Positions 39,301 to 51,108 of a stretch of DNA of 64,000 nucleotides are shown here, piece by piece. The notes below the pieces were generated by a model. The model worked only from the letters and a program-made list of their open reading frames with translations. It had not been told where the DNA came from and did no database searches. Made by a program: the position numbers and the translations under genes. This DNA comes from Octopus sinensis (Eukaryota). The DNA is taken from NCBI RefSeq assembly GCF_006345805.1, contig NC_043000.1:71610001-71674000 (forward strand), in the 5' to 3' direction. The number at the start of each line of letters is the position of its first letter. Position 1 is the first letter of the stretch.

Positions 39301-40040
39301 TAAACTGGGTACTCACCTCACATGAATAGATTACGTTTTTCGCCCTACATGCACCACGTAGCGGACACTCGGATGCACATATGCAGTTGCAGTGCATTGC
39401 ATTTCCCGGTCGTGTGCTGTTAGTCCCAGGCGGAGGTGTTGCATTACGTGTAGGGGCACTGTTATCCTCCTGGTTGTTGATGGGTGTGGTGTTGCCTCTG
39501 TTGTGTTGGCGGGTGTTATTACTAACTGTTTGGGTATTATGGCTGCCAGCCCGATTATATTGTCTACTGTCTGGATGAATGGGGTTCGATTGGTTGTTAT
39601 AGTTTGCTCTTAATCTAGCTGTTCTAATGTTAATATAGTTATGCTTAGCTATGAGGCAGCTCATGTTGGGCAGGGTAGAGTAGGAGATCCTAATGGTTTT
39701 GTTGGAGAAGATACTTCTATACTTATGGGTGGGTGGGAAGTTGTTTGAAATGATAGAGAATATTCTCTTACATAATTTACCCCAACTGCTAAGTTGTATG
39801 GTATGTTGAACGATATATATTTGCGTAATCTACTATTATCCCTTCTATTTCTCCTAATAGGATCTATATTGCTCTCGTCGGGAGGGTTACTATTGTGTGC
39901 TATTCTATTAGTTTGCCTTTTTCCTATACGTTGCTTAGAAGTTAAATTAGAATTAGCGTTAGCTTGGGTTGAGTGCAGAGTTCGTTTATAAGTGGGAGTT
40001 TTACAGCCGACGGACGATCCTGGGGGGGGTCTACATAGGA
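36365..40040 (-). mobile_element. 5'-truncated Penelope-like element: frameshifted GIY-YIG endonuclease region plus long 3' region with hammerhead
   Basis: Minus-strand fragments RKYISFNIPYN..NFPPTHKYRSIF...TIRISYSTLPNM, CNC...ECPLRGACRAKNVIYSCEV, and ELLNILKFK...LINKRSEF...CIHK are typical of the PLE linker and GIY-YIG domain. Confidence 0.85.
36397..36474 (-). ncRNA. Type I minimal hammerhead ribozyme (PLE-associated)
   Basis: Minus: GCGG-CTGAAGA-AGGCC...AGCCC-GAAA-CATAT-GTA-CCGC. Confidence 0.75.
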
Positions 40041-40079
40041 TATATATACATATATACGTACATATATATACATATATAT

Positions 40080-40320
40080 GATTTTGATTAATTTTGACTT
40101 TTCCAGTTTCAGCTCATGAGCTGTGGCCATGCTGGAGCACCGCCATTTGGTTTGCTACATGATTTTACCTCACGATGCTTTTTAGCAACTGCCATTTGGT
40201 GCATGAGAGAGAGTCGATGCAGCTGCCCTCATCTGCACCTCCTGCCTGAAGTTGGTTCATCCGGGACACGTGACAGGAAGAGATCCAGTCCTACTTTAAA
40301 GACATCCGCATCACACCATA
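40080..40320 (-). mobile_element. CR1-like LINE 3' end
   Basis: ..DVFKVGLDLFLSRVPDEPTS.. and 3' tail GGTGCTCCAGCATGGCCACAG..CTGAAAC, related to the 43019-43990 copy. Confidence 0.75.
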
Positions 40321-41230
40321 TACATATATACATATACAGATATACAATATATATATACAGATATATACATATATACATATATAACATATATACATATATA
40401 CATATATATACATATATAAATATAATACATTATATATAACATATATACACATATACATATTATACATATAATTACATATTATATATATAATACATATATA
40501 ATACATATTATATATACTAGATATATTATACATATATATATTACATATATCATATTATACATATCAATATATATATATATATATATACATATATATAACA
40601 TAATATATTATATATATATATATATATACATACATATATATTACATACATATATACATATATACATATATATAATATATATATTATATAATATATACATA
40701 TATACATATATCATCATTATACATATATTCCACATATATACATATACATATACATTATAGAATATAGTATATATATACATATATATTACATAATATATAA
40801 ATACCATATATAGTATAGATACATATATAGATACATACACTACATATATATATATTATACATATATTACATACATATCACATCCATATACAGATATACAA
40901 AATATATATATAGATATATATTTACATACATATATATATACATATAAAATATATATATACATTATATACATATATATATACATAATACATATATATATAT
41001 ATATATAGATATATGATATATATATAATATTAGATATATATATAGATATATATTAGATACATATATATATATACATATTTATATATACAGTATAATGTAT
41101 ATATATATATATATACATGTATATATATATGTATATATATACATATATATATGTATATATATATATAGTATGTATATATATATTACTACTATTATATATA
41201 TATATAGCTATATATTATACACCTTATATG

Positions 41231-41262
<32 letters not shown>

Positions 41263-41460
41263 CATATATATGTTTATATATATATAGACATATATATGTA
41301 TATATATATATATACATATATATGTATATATATATACTATCATAATATATATGAATATATATATACATATATATGTATATATATATATATATATTATATA
41401 TATATATATTACATATATTATATTATAATATATATGGTATATATAAATATATATACATAT
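40320..41460. repeat. Degenerate (TA)n/(TACA)n array
   Basis: Directly visible. Confidence 0.95.
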
Positions 41461-41539
41461 ATATTCAGCGTTGGTGCCCCAGCATGGCCGCGGCCTTCGG
41501 GCTGATGAAACGTTTTTAAGGATTTAAGGATTTATAATG

Positions 41540-41571
<32 letters not shown>

Positions 41572-41711
41572 ATAGAATATATATATTATATACATACTCT
41601 TTTACTTTTACCTTTTAAATGGCTGATGAAACAAGTAAAAAGTAAAAGAGTAGGTAGTATATATATATATATATATATATTTATAATAGGATTAGCTCGT
41701 ATACGAGTAGG

Positions 41712-42967
41712 TATATATTTGTAAAAAAATGAAGTTCGAAAAATGCTGCTGTATTATACAATTTTTAATTTTATATATACATTATAACATGTTTCAGTCC
41801 TGAAATGAACCTTATCAAAAAAAGTTATATATAAAAAGAGACAGCTCATGCCGTCAACACAAGAAAATTCATTTATAATACACAACGGAGTCAGACATCT
41901 TAGAGTTCATGTATAGTTGATATATAGTTAGTATAGTTGATATATAGTTTGAAGTATATGTTCAAAGTGTTCGATGCAGTGCAGATAAGTCCTCCGAAAG
42001 GAGAACCAAATTTCACCACGGCCGCTACTTCAAACAGACACTCACTCTGACGGAAATATGCCTTAGTTAAAAAAAAAAAAAAAAAAAAAAAGGAAAAAAA
42101 ATTCTTTCGTGCAAATCTGACCCTGATACATACGATACAGCTAAGGGTCAAACCCGATTCTGATTGGTCAACAAGTTGATGACGTCTAGCTCTGCTAGAA
42201 TGGACAGGATACAAACAGGGGACAGTCATTAGTCAGAATATTGATGACGTCCTTTTCTGCTTGAATAGTCACCTAACAAGTACAGACAGGGGGCAGATCT
42301 AATGTAGCTATAAGTCGTGATTGGGCAGAATCTAAATGACGTCCCGCTATGCTTGACTAACGAAGCGACTGGTCAAGACAGGAAACAAACAAGAGGGAGT
42401 TATAATGCAGCGATTGGTCAAAATAATGATGACGTCCCGTTCCACTTGATTAAAGCCACCTAACGAAACGATTGGTCAAAACATTGATGACGTCACGCTA
42501 CGCTAGATTGACCACCTAACAGGCATTATAAAACCGAGCATTTCACAAAAATCACTAGAAACCCCAGCGAACTTCCACCAGGGGTCATCACAATTGCTTA
42601 AGGTAAAAATGAATTCCTCGCTCTTTCGGAAACATCAATCTTCTGTATTGACCGCTTTCCACCACTTTGATCTGTTTTTGTATTGAATACGTATCGCCAC
42701 CGTGGGCCACTGCATCGAACACTTTGAAACATTACTTCAACTATATATCAACTATACATGAACTATATATCAACTATACATGAACTCAAGATGTCTGACT
42801 CCGTTGTGTATTATAATGAATTTCTTGTGTTTGACGGCATGAGCTGTCTCTTTTTATATATAATTTTTTTGATAAGGTTCTTTCAGGAACTGAAACATGT
42901 TATAATGTATATATAAAAATTAAAAATTGTATAATACAGCAGCATTTTCGAACTTCATTTTTTACAA

Positions 42968-42974
<7 letters not shown>
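41712..42974 (+). mobile_element. Unclassified non-coding element with ~265-bp inverted arms (41712-41981 / 42708-42974) and an internal promoter-like array
   Basis: The arms are reverse complements with small indels. (TA)-rich sequence lies on both sides. Confidence 0.6.
42161..42610 (+). promoter_or_regulatory. Pol II promoter-like array: 5x ATTGG-N12-TGACGTC, TATAAAA (42527), Inr-like TCACT (42552), donor AAG|GTAAAA (42603)
   Basis: Motifs read directly. Spacing is 12 nt in all five modules; one module has ATTAG. Confidence 0.6.
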
Positions 42975-43015
<41 letters not shown>

Positions 43016-43018
43016 ATA

Positions 43019-43990
43019 TAAATCCTTAAATCCTTAAAAATGTTTCAGCCCGAAGGCCGCGGCCATGCTGGGGCACCAACGCTGAATGAGCTACACTAAT
43101 TTGTGAATCCACCTCTGATACGTGGCACTTGATCAACAAGGGAGTTTGATGCTGCTACCCGCATCCGAGTCTCCTGTCGTGAGGTAGGCTCATCTGGGAC
43201 TCCCAACAAGAAGAGATCCAGTTTAGTTTTAAAGAAACCCACATCCACACCATGCAAGTCTCTCAGGCATTTAGGGAGGATGTTAAAGAGCTGTGGTCCT
43301 CTGAAACCCAAGCTGTTGCAGTATCTGGACCTGTATTTTGATGGTGATGTTGGAATCCTTGGCACCATGCTGTGGTGCCCCGTTCTGCGGTTGGAGTAAC
43401 TTTGAATGCCAAAGTTTGGGACAAGACCCTCCAGGATTTTCCAGATGTATATCACCGCATATCTCTCCCGCCTCCGCTCTAGGGAGAAGAGGTTTAATAC
43501 CTTCAGTCTTTCCCAGTAGCTGATATTTTGCATTGAGACGATTTTCTTTGTGTAGCTTCTTTGAATTGCTTCGAGTTCTGCTGTTAGTTTTATATTGTGT
43601 GGTGACCAAAGTTGGGAGCAGTAGTCCAAGCGGCTGAGGACGAATGTTTTCCATAGGACCATCAGTGTCTCCTTCTCTCTTGTTCTGAAAGTTCGAAGAA
43701 TCCATCCAGCTAGCCGTCTGCATTTTATCACCAGATTAGCAATATGCATTTGGAAAGATGCATCATTGCTCATGTCAATGCCCAGGTCACGCACTGATTT
43801 TGACTCAGGGATTGTAATTCTTCCTGGGCCAGTGTATCCAGTCTTCACGTCGTTAACCTTTGTGTGCCAGTAGCGCAGGGCCTGGAACTTACCTGCATTA
43901 AACTGCATGTTGTTGTCCTCAGCCCACCTGTATATTGTGTCCAGCTCATGTTGCAGATGCGCAATATTTTCAGGGTTTTGTATTGCGTGA
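43019..43990 (-). mobile_element. Young 5'-truncated CR1-like LINE (RT C-terminal ORF 43096-43908) with (AAGGATTT)n tail
   Basis: [62 protein letters not shown]. The ORF is intact to its stop. Confidence 0.9.
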
Positions 43991-44037
43991 TGTATATATA
44001 TATATATATAGATATATATGTATATATATATTATATA

Positions 44038-44098
<61 letters not shown>

Positions 44099-44104
44099 AT
44101 ATAT

Positions 44105-44165
<61 letters not shown>

Positions 44166-44332
44166 TATACATATATATATGTATATATATTATATATATA
44201 TATATAATACATATATATATATATATATGCATATATATATATATATATATACATATATATATACATATATATATATATATACACATATACATATATATAT
44301 ACATATACAAATATACATATATATATATATAC

Positions 44333-44363
<31 letters not shown>

Positions 44364-44436
44364 CATATATATACATATATACATATACATATACATATAT
44401 ACATATACATATATATAGATACATATACATATATAC

Positions 44437-44527
<91 letters not shown>

Positions 44528-44606
44528 CATATAATATATATATATATATACATACATATATATATATATATCATATATACATATACATATATATATATAT
44601 ATATAG

Positions 44607-44654
<48 letters not shown>

Positions 44655-44927
44655 GTATATATATATGTATATATATATATATATATGTATATGTATATAT
44701 GTATATGTATATGTATATATATATATACATTATATATATACATATACTATATATATATATACATACATATACATATACATATATACATTACATATATATA
44801 TATATATATACATATATTATATATATACATATATATTATATCTATATATATATATATATATATATAATACATATATATATATTATATATATATATATACA
44901 TATACATATTATATATATTACATATAC

Positions 44928-44975
<48 letters not shown>

Positions 44976-44979
44976 ATAC

Positions 44980-45020
<41 letters not shown>

Positions 45021-45064
45021 TATATACATATACATATATATTACATATACATATATATATATAC

Positions 45065-45105
<41 letters not shown>

Positions 45106-45133
45106 CATATACATATATATATATATAATATAT

Positions 45134-45210
<77 letters not shown>

Positions 45211-45234
45211 TATATATATATATACATATACATA
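43990..45234. repeat. ~1.2-kb (TA)n/(TACA)n array
   Basis: Directly visible. Confidence 0.95.
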
Positions 45235-47760
45235 TCTCTTATTATAAAAGGCAGATATTATCTGCCTCCCTTTGTCAGTTATAGAAATCTACAATATAGG
45301 ATTTCTTCAATTACAATTTACCTAGCATTTTTAAGAGTAGAATGCATCGGGTCGTGACAGATCCCCTTTTTAAAATTTCAACCCCAATTAAGCAAAATTT
45401 AGAGAAAACTCACATTGTGGTGTATGAGTCAAATGCTTTTCTTAGTGTGGGATACAGCACACGCAAACGCACACACACAGTGTGCAACGAATAAAGTGAA
45501 ACTAATTCACTTTCTGTAGTGAGTGACTATTTCACTCTACATTCCCACTTCCACTTTACACACATAGACACGCAAATATATAAATAAAATTCTAAGCTAA
45601 CGTGTGTGTGTGCGTGTGTGTGTGTGTGAGGGTGTGTGTGTGTGCGTGACTGTGTGACAGGAAAGTTTTTTAGGACGAATATAAGACCTATATCCAAGTA
45701 GCAGAAAGATCGCCCGAAAGTGTATGTAGATATTTAAATGTATTTATATATTCATCTATACACAGATGTATGTATAATGTGTGTGTATATATTTCCATAG
45801 GGGTAACCTTTCACTCCATACAAAGTTTTTTAGGACGAATATAAGACCTATATCCAAGTAGCAGAAAGATCGCCCAAAAGTGTATATAGATATTTAAATG
45901 TATTTATATATTCATCTATACACAGATGTATGTATAATGTGTGTGTATATATTTCCATAGAGGTAACCTTTCACTCCATACAAAGTTTTTTAGGACGAAT
46001 ATAAGACCTATATCCAAGTAGCAGAAAGATCGCCCAAAAGTGTATATAGATATTTAAATGTATTTATATATTCATCTATACACAGATGTATGTATAATGT
46101 GTGTATATATATTTCCATAGAGGTAACCTTTCACTCCATACAAAGTTTTTTAGGACGAATATAAGATCTAAAGTATATACAAGTAGCAGAAAGATCGCCC
46201 AAAAGTGTATATAGATATTTAAATGTATTTATATATTCATCTATACACAGATGTATGTATAATGTGTGTGTATATATTTCCATAGAGGTAACCTTTCACT
46301 CCATACAAAGTTTTTTAGGACGAATATAAGACCTATATCCAAGTAGCAGAAAGATCGCCCAAAAGTGTATATAGATATTTAAATGTATTTATATATTCAT
46401 CTATACACAGATGTATGTATAATGTGTGTGTATATATTTCCATAGAGGTAACCTTTCACTCCATACAAAGTTTTTTAGGACGAATATAAGACCTATATCC
46501 AAGTAGCAGAAAGATCGCCCAAAAGTGTATATAGATATTTAAATGTACTTATATATTCATCTATACACAGATGTATGTATAATGTGTGTGTATATATTTC
46601 CATAGAGGTAACCTTTCACTCCATACAAAGTTTTTTAGGACGAATATAAGATCTAAAGTATATACAAGTAGCAGAAAGATCGCCCAAAAGTGTATATAGA
46701 TATTTAAATGTATTTATATATTCATCTATACACAGATGTATGTATAATGTGTGTGTATATATTTCCATAGACGTAACCATTCACTCCGCACAAAGTTTTT
46801 TAGGACGAAAATAAGATCTAAAGTTATCTCTAAGAAACAGAAAGATCGCCCAAAAGTGTATATAGATATTTAAATGTATTTATATATTCATCTATACACA
46901 CATGTATGTATAATGTGCGTGTATATATTTCCATAGAGGTAACCATTCAATCCATACAAAGTTTTTTAGGACGAAAATATATCTTATTATAAAAGGCAGA
47001 TTTTATCTGCCTCCCTTTGTCAGTTATAGAAATCTACAATATAGGATTTCTTCAATTACAATTTACCTAGCATTTTTAAGAGTAGAATGCATCGGGTTTT
47101 GCCAGGTCCAGTTTTTAAATTTAAACTCCAATTAAGCAAAAATTACAGAAAACTCATATTCTGGTGTGTATGTCAAATGCTTTTCTTAGTCTGGTTTACA
47201 CCACACGCAAACGCACACACACAGTGTGCAACGAATAAAGTGAAACTAGATGTAATATTTGTTTCTGTCTATCACGCTGATAGATACATGAGTAAAATGT
47301 ATGGCAAGCTAACAGATAAGCGTGAGTGAAAATGTTCTTGGAAGAGAGTAAATAGCGACAGAGTGATTTGAGGAAGACTAAACTGAAAGTATGAAACAGT
47401 GTTTATGTATAAACAGACGACACTTATATAAACCCTTTCGTTACCAAACCGCCCGAATTTACCTATTCATATGAGAATACCAGAGTAAATGAGAATATCA
47501 GAGTCAATCTCTTTAGTACATTCGTGAAAACACGTATTATACTTCGTAAACACTTCAAATACAGTTTTGTACAAAAATCGAAGTGTAATTTTAATTCCGT
47601 GAATTATGGGAGATTTTTTTCCGAAATTTGTTCCTATTGTGTTTTCAAAATTTGTAATTCTGACAAAAAATGGATACGAATTTCATTATATCAAGCAGCG
47701 AGTCAGAATTAGAAGGATTTTCTACTGAAGACCTTCATAAATCTAACTCTATGACTGAAA
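45234..47760 (+). mobile_element. Tandem Helitron-like 5' modules (direct repeats ~45234-45505 and ~46980-47248)
   Basis: Both begin ATC(TC)TTATTATAAAAGGCAGAT.. and are nearly identical over ~270 bp. Confidence 0.6.
45662..46975. repeat. 160/165-bp tandem repeat, 8 units
   Basis: Unit starts (AAAGTTTTTTAGGACGAA) at 45662, 45822, 45982, 46142, 46307, 46467, 46627, 46792 and 46958. Confidence 0.95.
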
Positions 47761-47769
47761 AAAAAACCA

Positions 47770-48163
47770 TCTTTATATAAGAGTGAAGTTGTGTGTCTGT
47801 CTCCTACGATTTAGATTCCTAACTACTCCCACATTTTGCGGTGCAGTTTAACCAAAAGCGGGTATCTTATAGTCGTGATTCATATCGAGCCCTTCTGGGT
47901 ATTAGCGCGCGTCTACGATGAGTCTACGATTAAAAAAAAATTTACCATCATATTTTTCCATTTTAATGCATTTTTTTCGCTTTTATATAAGGGAAGTAAC
48001 TCTCTAAAAATATCTACGATGTGTCAACGATTTAAAAAAAATTTACCTTAATTTTTTTTCAATTTTTAATGCATTTTTTGGCTATTTTTTGGCTATAACT
48101 CTCTAAAAATGCTTATATAGTTATTTCCCTTACAACCCGAGCAACGCCGGGCGATACTGCTAG
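47770..48163 (+). mobile_element. Non-autonomous Helitron
   Basis: A|TC start, CCCGAGCAACGCCGGG hairpin, CTAG|T end. Confidence 0.85.
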
Positions 48164-48903
48164 TTTATATATAAAAGAAAGGTTGTGTGTCTGTCTACTC
48201 CGATTTAGATTCCTAACTACTCCCACATTTTGCGATGCAGTTTAACCAAAACCGGGTATCTTATAGTCGTGATTCATATCGAGCCCTTCTGGGTATTAGC
48301 GCGCGTCTACGATGAGTCTATGATTTTACAAATAATTTACCATCATTTTTTTCCATTTTAATGCATATTTTTTTAATAAAGGGAAGTAACTCTCAAACTT
48401 CACACCAATATGCGTACTCATATGCGACGTAATATCACATCAGCAGCATTTCCTCACACCCTCCTTGCACTTGGCGAAGGCAAAATACCAGGGGATGAAA
48501 ATGGTAATATTGCCATCGATTCCATTTGTACCATTGTTAAGACGCCTTCTGATCTCAGAGATGCAGTGTTCCCAGATCTACAAGCTAATTATCAGAATAT
48601 GGATTGGATTGGCAAAAAGGCTATACTGGCCCCGAGGAATAAAACTGTTCACCATATTAATGATGAAATGCTAAAACTCATTCCTGGGGAAGTCTATGTA
48701 TATCAGTCTATCGATACAACTCCTGACCCAGAGGACGTCATCAACTATCCAATAGAGGTGCTCAATTCCTTTGAGCATCCCGGACTACCACCACACTTTC
48801 TCAAACTTAAAGTTGGTGCCCCTATAATGCTCATCAGAAATTTGGTTCCCCCAAAACAATGCAATGGCACACGTTTGATCGTTAAGTCCTTATCTCCCAC
48901 CGT
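48164..48903 (+). mobile_element. Helitron fragment carrying part of the PIF1-like helicase domain
   Basis: LHTNMR..LLALGEGK..AILAPRNKTVHHIN..SID..YPIEVLNSFEHPGLPPHFLKLKVGAPIMLIRNL..CNGTRLIV are PIF1/Helitron helicase motifs. Preceded by the same 5' end as the non-autonomous family. Confidence 0.9.
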
Positions 48904-48904
48904 A

Positions 48905-50610
48905 AACTTATATCAATATTTAATTCCCTATATCTATACCCTTTCACATTTCTAACTCGGATGTTGAACGCACACCGCCAAACTCCGCTTCCCACCCTTC
49001 CAATTTTCAGTTCCCCCCGCCCGCCCCTACGTTTCACACACACCTCTAACTTTCAACCACCTTCATCTCATGTTAAACTTTACCAAATTATATTTTTATC
49101 TTATTTTATTTTATTTTTATTTTTACTTTTATTTTTACTTTTATCCTACTTCCATTTATTTTTATTTTTACTTTTATTCTACTTCCATTTATTCTCATTT
49201 TTATTTTCATCCCTTACCTTAACTCTTATAATTTTTATAATTCTTATATTTCATTTCTAACTATTACATTGTATTTCTTATTTTATACTGTATTTTTTAT
49301 TTCTAATTTTTACCCTTACCCTCGTTCTTACCCCTAACTTATCGCTTTACACCTCTATATATGTTTATTTACTTACCTATGGATCCACTTTTTGACTATA
49401 CGAGCGTCCGCGTACGTGTGTATACGCATACATACATATGCACGCGCATATATGTACATACATATTTCGATATCTTATAGCTATACCCATATGCGCGTGT
49501 GTCTCTGTGTGTGTATGTGAGTGTATATGTGCACGCGCATGCGGACACACAGCCGTGTGTGCGTGCACGTATAGACATGAGTACGTGACTTTTTACATAC
49601 GTTCTTATATACATCCTTTAATATCTTATATCTAGACCTAGAGGCGTGGGCATATACGTGTGTGTATGTAGCGATGGGCGCGTGTATGTACATGTGAGTG
49701 TGTACGCGTATAGTGTCCGTGTATACATGCGGATATTCTGTTGTATGTATGTATGTGTACGCGCGTGCGTGTGGGCGCGTGTGTGTTTATGTACATGTTT
49801 ACACGCGAGTGCGTGTGTATGCTTATAGGCTTGGAGGCGTATATGTACGCGGGTATGTGGGTGTATGTATCCATGATGATATGTATGTACTAGAAGTCCA
49901 TTTAAATCAAGGAACCAGATTAAATGCTCATCAGCTCTGATTTACAACACATTAGGTCCCCAGACGAAACTGTTGATTTACTGACAATTCTACAACTAAA
50001 TTTTATCAATCTCCTGACCACCATGCTTGGTCCGTAACCTCTATACATCCCTTATCTTTACATTCTTTTACACTTTTATCATGTTTTTATCATGTTTTTT
50101 TACTTTTATTTCTATTTCTATTTTTACTTTATAACCTTATGCCTTTACATTTATTTATATTTCTTTATATTTCTTTATATTCTTTATACCTCCTTTACAT
50201 CTCCTTATAACTCTTTATATCTTTATGCTCTACATTTTTATATTTTTCTATACTTACACCTTTTATACATTTTTTATCCCTGGTCCCGAATTCTCGCCCC
50301 TCCATCTTCACGTCTATATATGTATTTATTTATTTACATTACCTCAACATCCAGTTTTCCTCATTCTACATTGAGAGAAGAAAGAGATGGACGCTTCAAT
50401 TCTATGCTGCTGCCGCATTATGTCGTACGCGAATGAGAGGATTTGCATCCCCAACCAAGAATTTTTGATGTAACACATGTCCTTGTGGAAGCTGTTGTGC
50501 GCGGCTGAAGAAGGCCACAGACATACATTATGCATTGTTATAAATCTGTCTAATAAAGGCCCGAAACATATGTACCGCTGAATCCTTCGCATCATGTTTT
50601 TATTTTATTT
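48905..50610 (+). mobile_element. Penelope-like element 3' region (second copy, opposite orientation to 36365-38790)
   Basis: Reverse-complement homology to 36365-38790, including the hammerhead. Confidence 0.85.
50501..50578 (+). ncRNA. Type I minimal hammerhead ribozyme (PLE-associated)
   Basis: GCGG-CTGAAGA-A-GGCC..ACAGA..TCTGT..GGCC-C-GAAA-CATAT-GTA-CCGC. Palindromic ACATATGT stem III and GUA cleavage triplet. Confidence 0.8.
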
Positions 50611-50685
50611 TGATCAATTTACTCCACCACCTACACCACCAAACGGTATACACAGGTGCTTATAATTATCAAGTACTCACCCCGA

Positions 50686-50757
<72 letters not shown>

Positions 50758-51056
50758 TCAAATTACAAAAGACAAAGACCGGTGTAGGAGCAACAAGCAA
50801 GTGCATTAGTTTGATGCTTGGCAAGAATGGAAAAGTATTTGACGTTTCAAGCCTACTCTCTTCGACAGGAAGAGTTGGGAGGTGAGAGCAAAAAAAAAAA
50901 AAAAACGGAGAGAAAAGTATGTGTAGGGATTAATAGTTCAACTTGGTGAAATGATGATGATAAGAAGTGACACTCTAGTATATACTAGTATCACCCATCA
51001 AACACTGCAATGTTGGAGTTTAACAACCTGTTATTGTGCTCCTAATTATTACGGAT

Positions 51057-51057
<1 letters not shown>

Positions 51058-51108
<51 letters not shown>

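Noticed and set aside
41502-41512. CTGATGAAAC (also 41623) as a hammerhead core
   Set aside because: No stem II between the core strands. It is a variant of the LINE/SINE tail CTGAAAC.
43864-45233. Long ORFs of YI/HT/CV repeats (also 17642-18010, 37392-38147, 40291-41505, 53322-54108)
   Set aside because: Translations of dinucleotide/tetranucleotide microsatellites, not genes.
45662-46975. CRISPR-like array (also 35620-36135 and 1352-1469)
   Set aside because: Units are wholly repeated with no unique spacers, there are no cas genes, and the context is eukaryotic.
48410-48955. Host PIF1 helicase gene
   Set aside because: Intronless internal fragment fused to a Helitron 5' end and truncated by a PLE.
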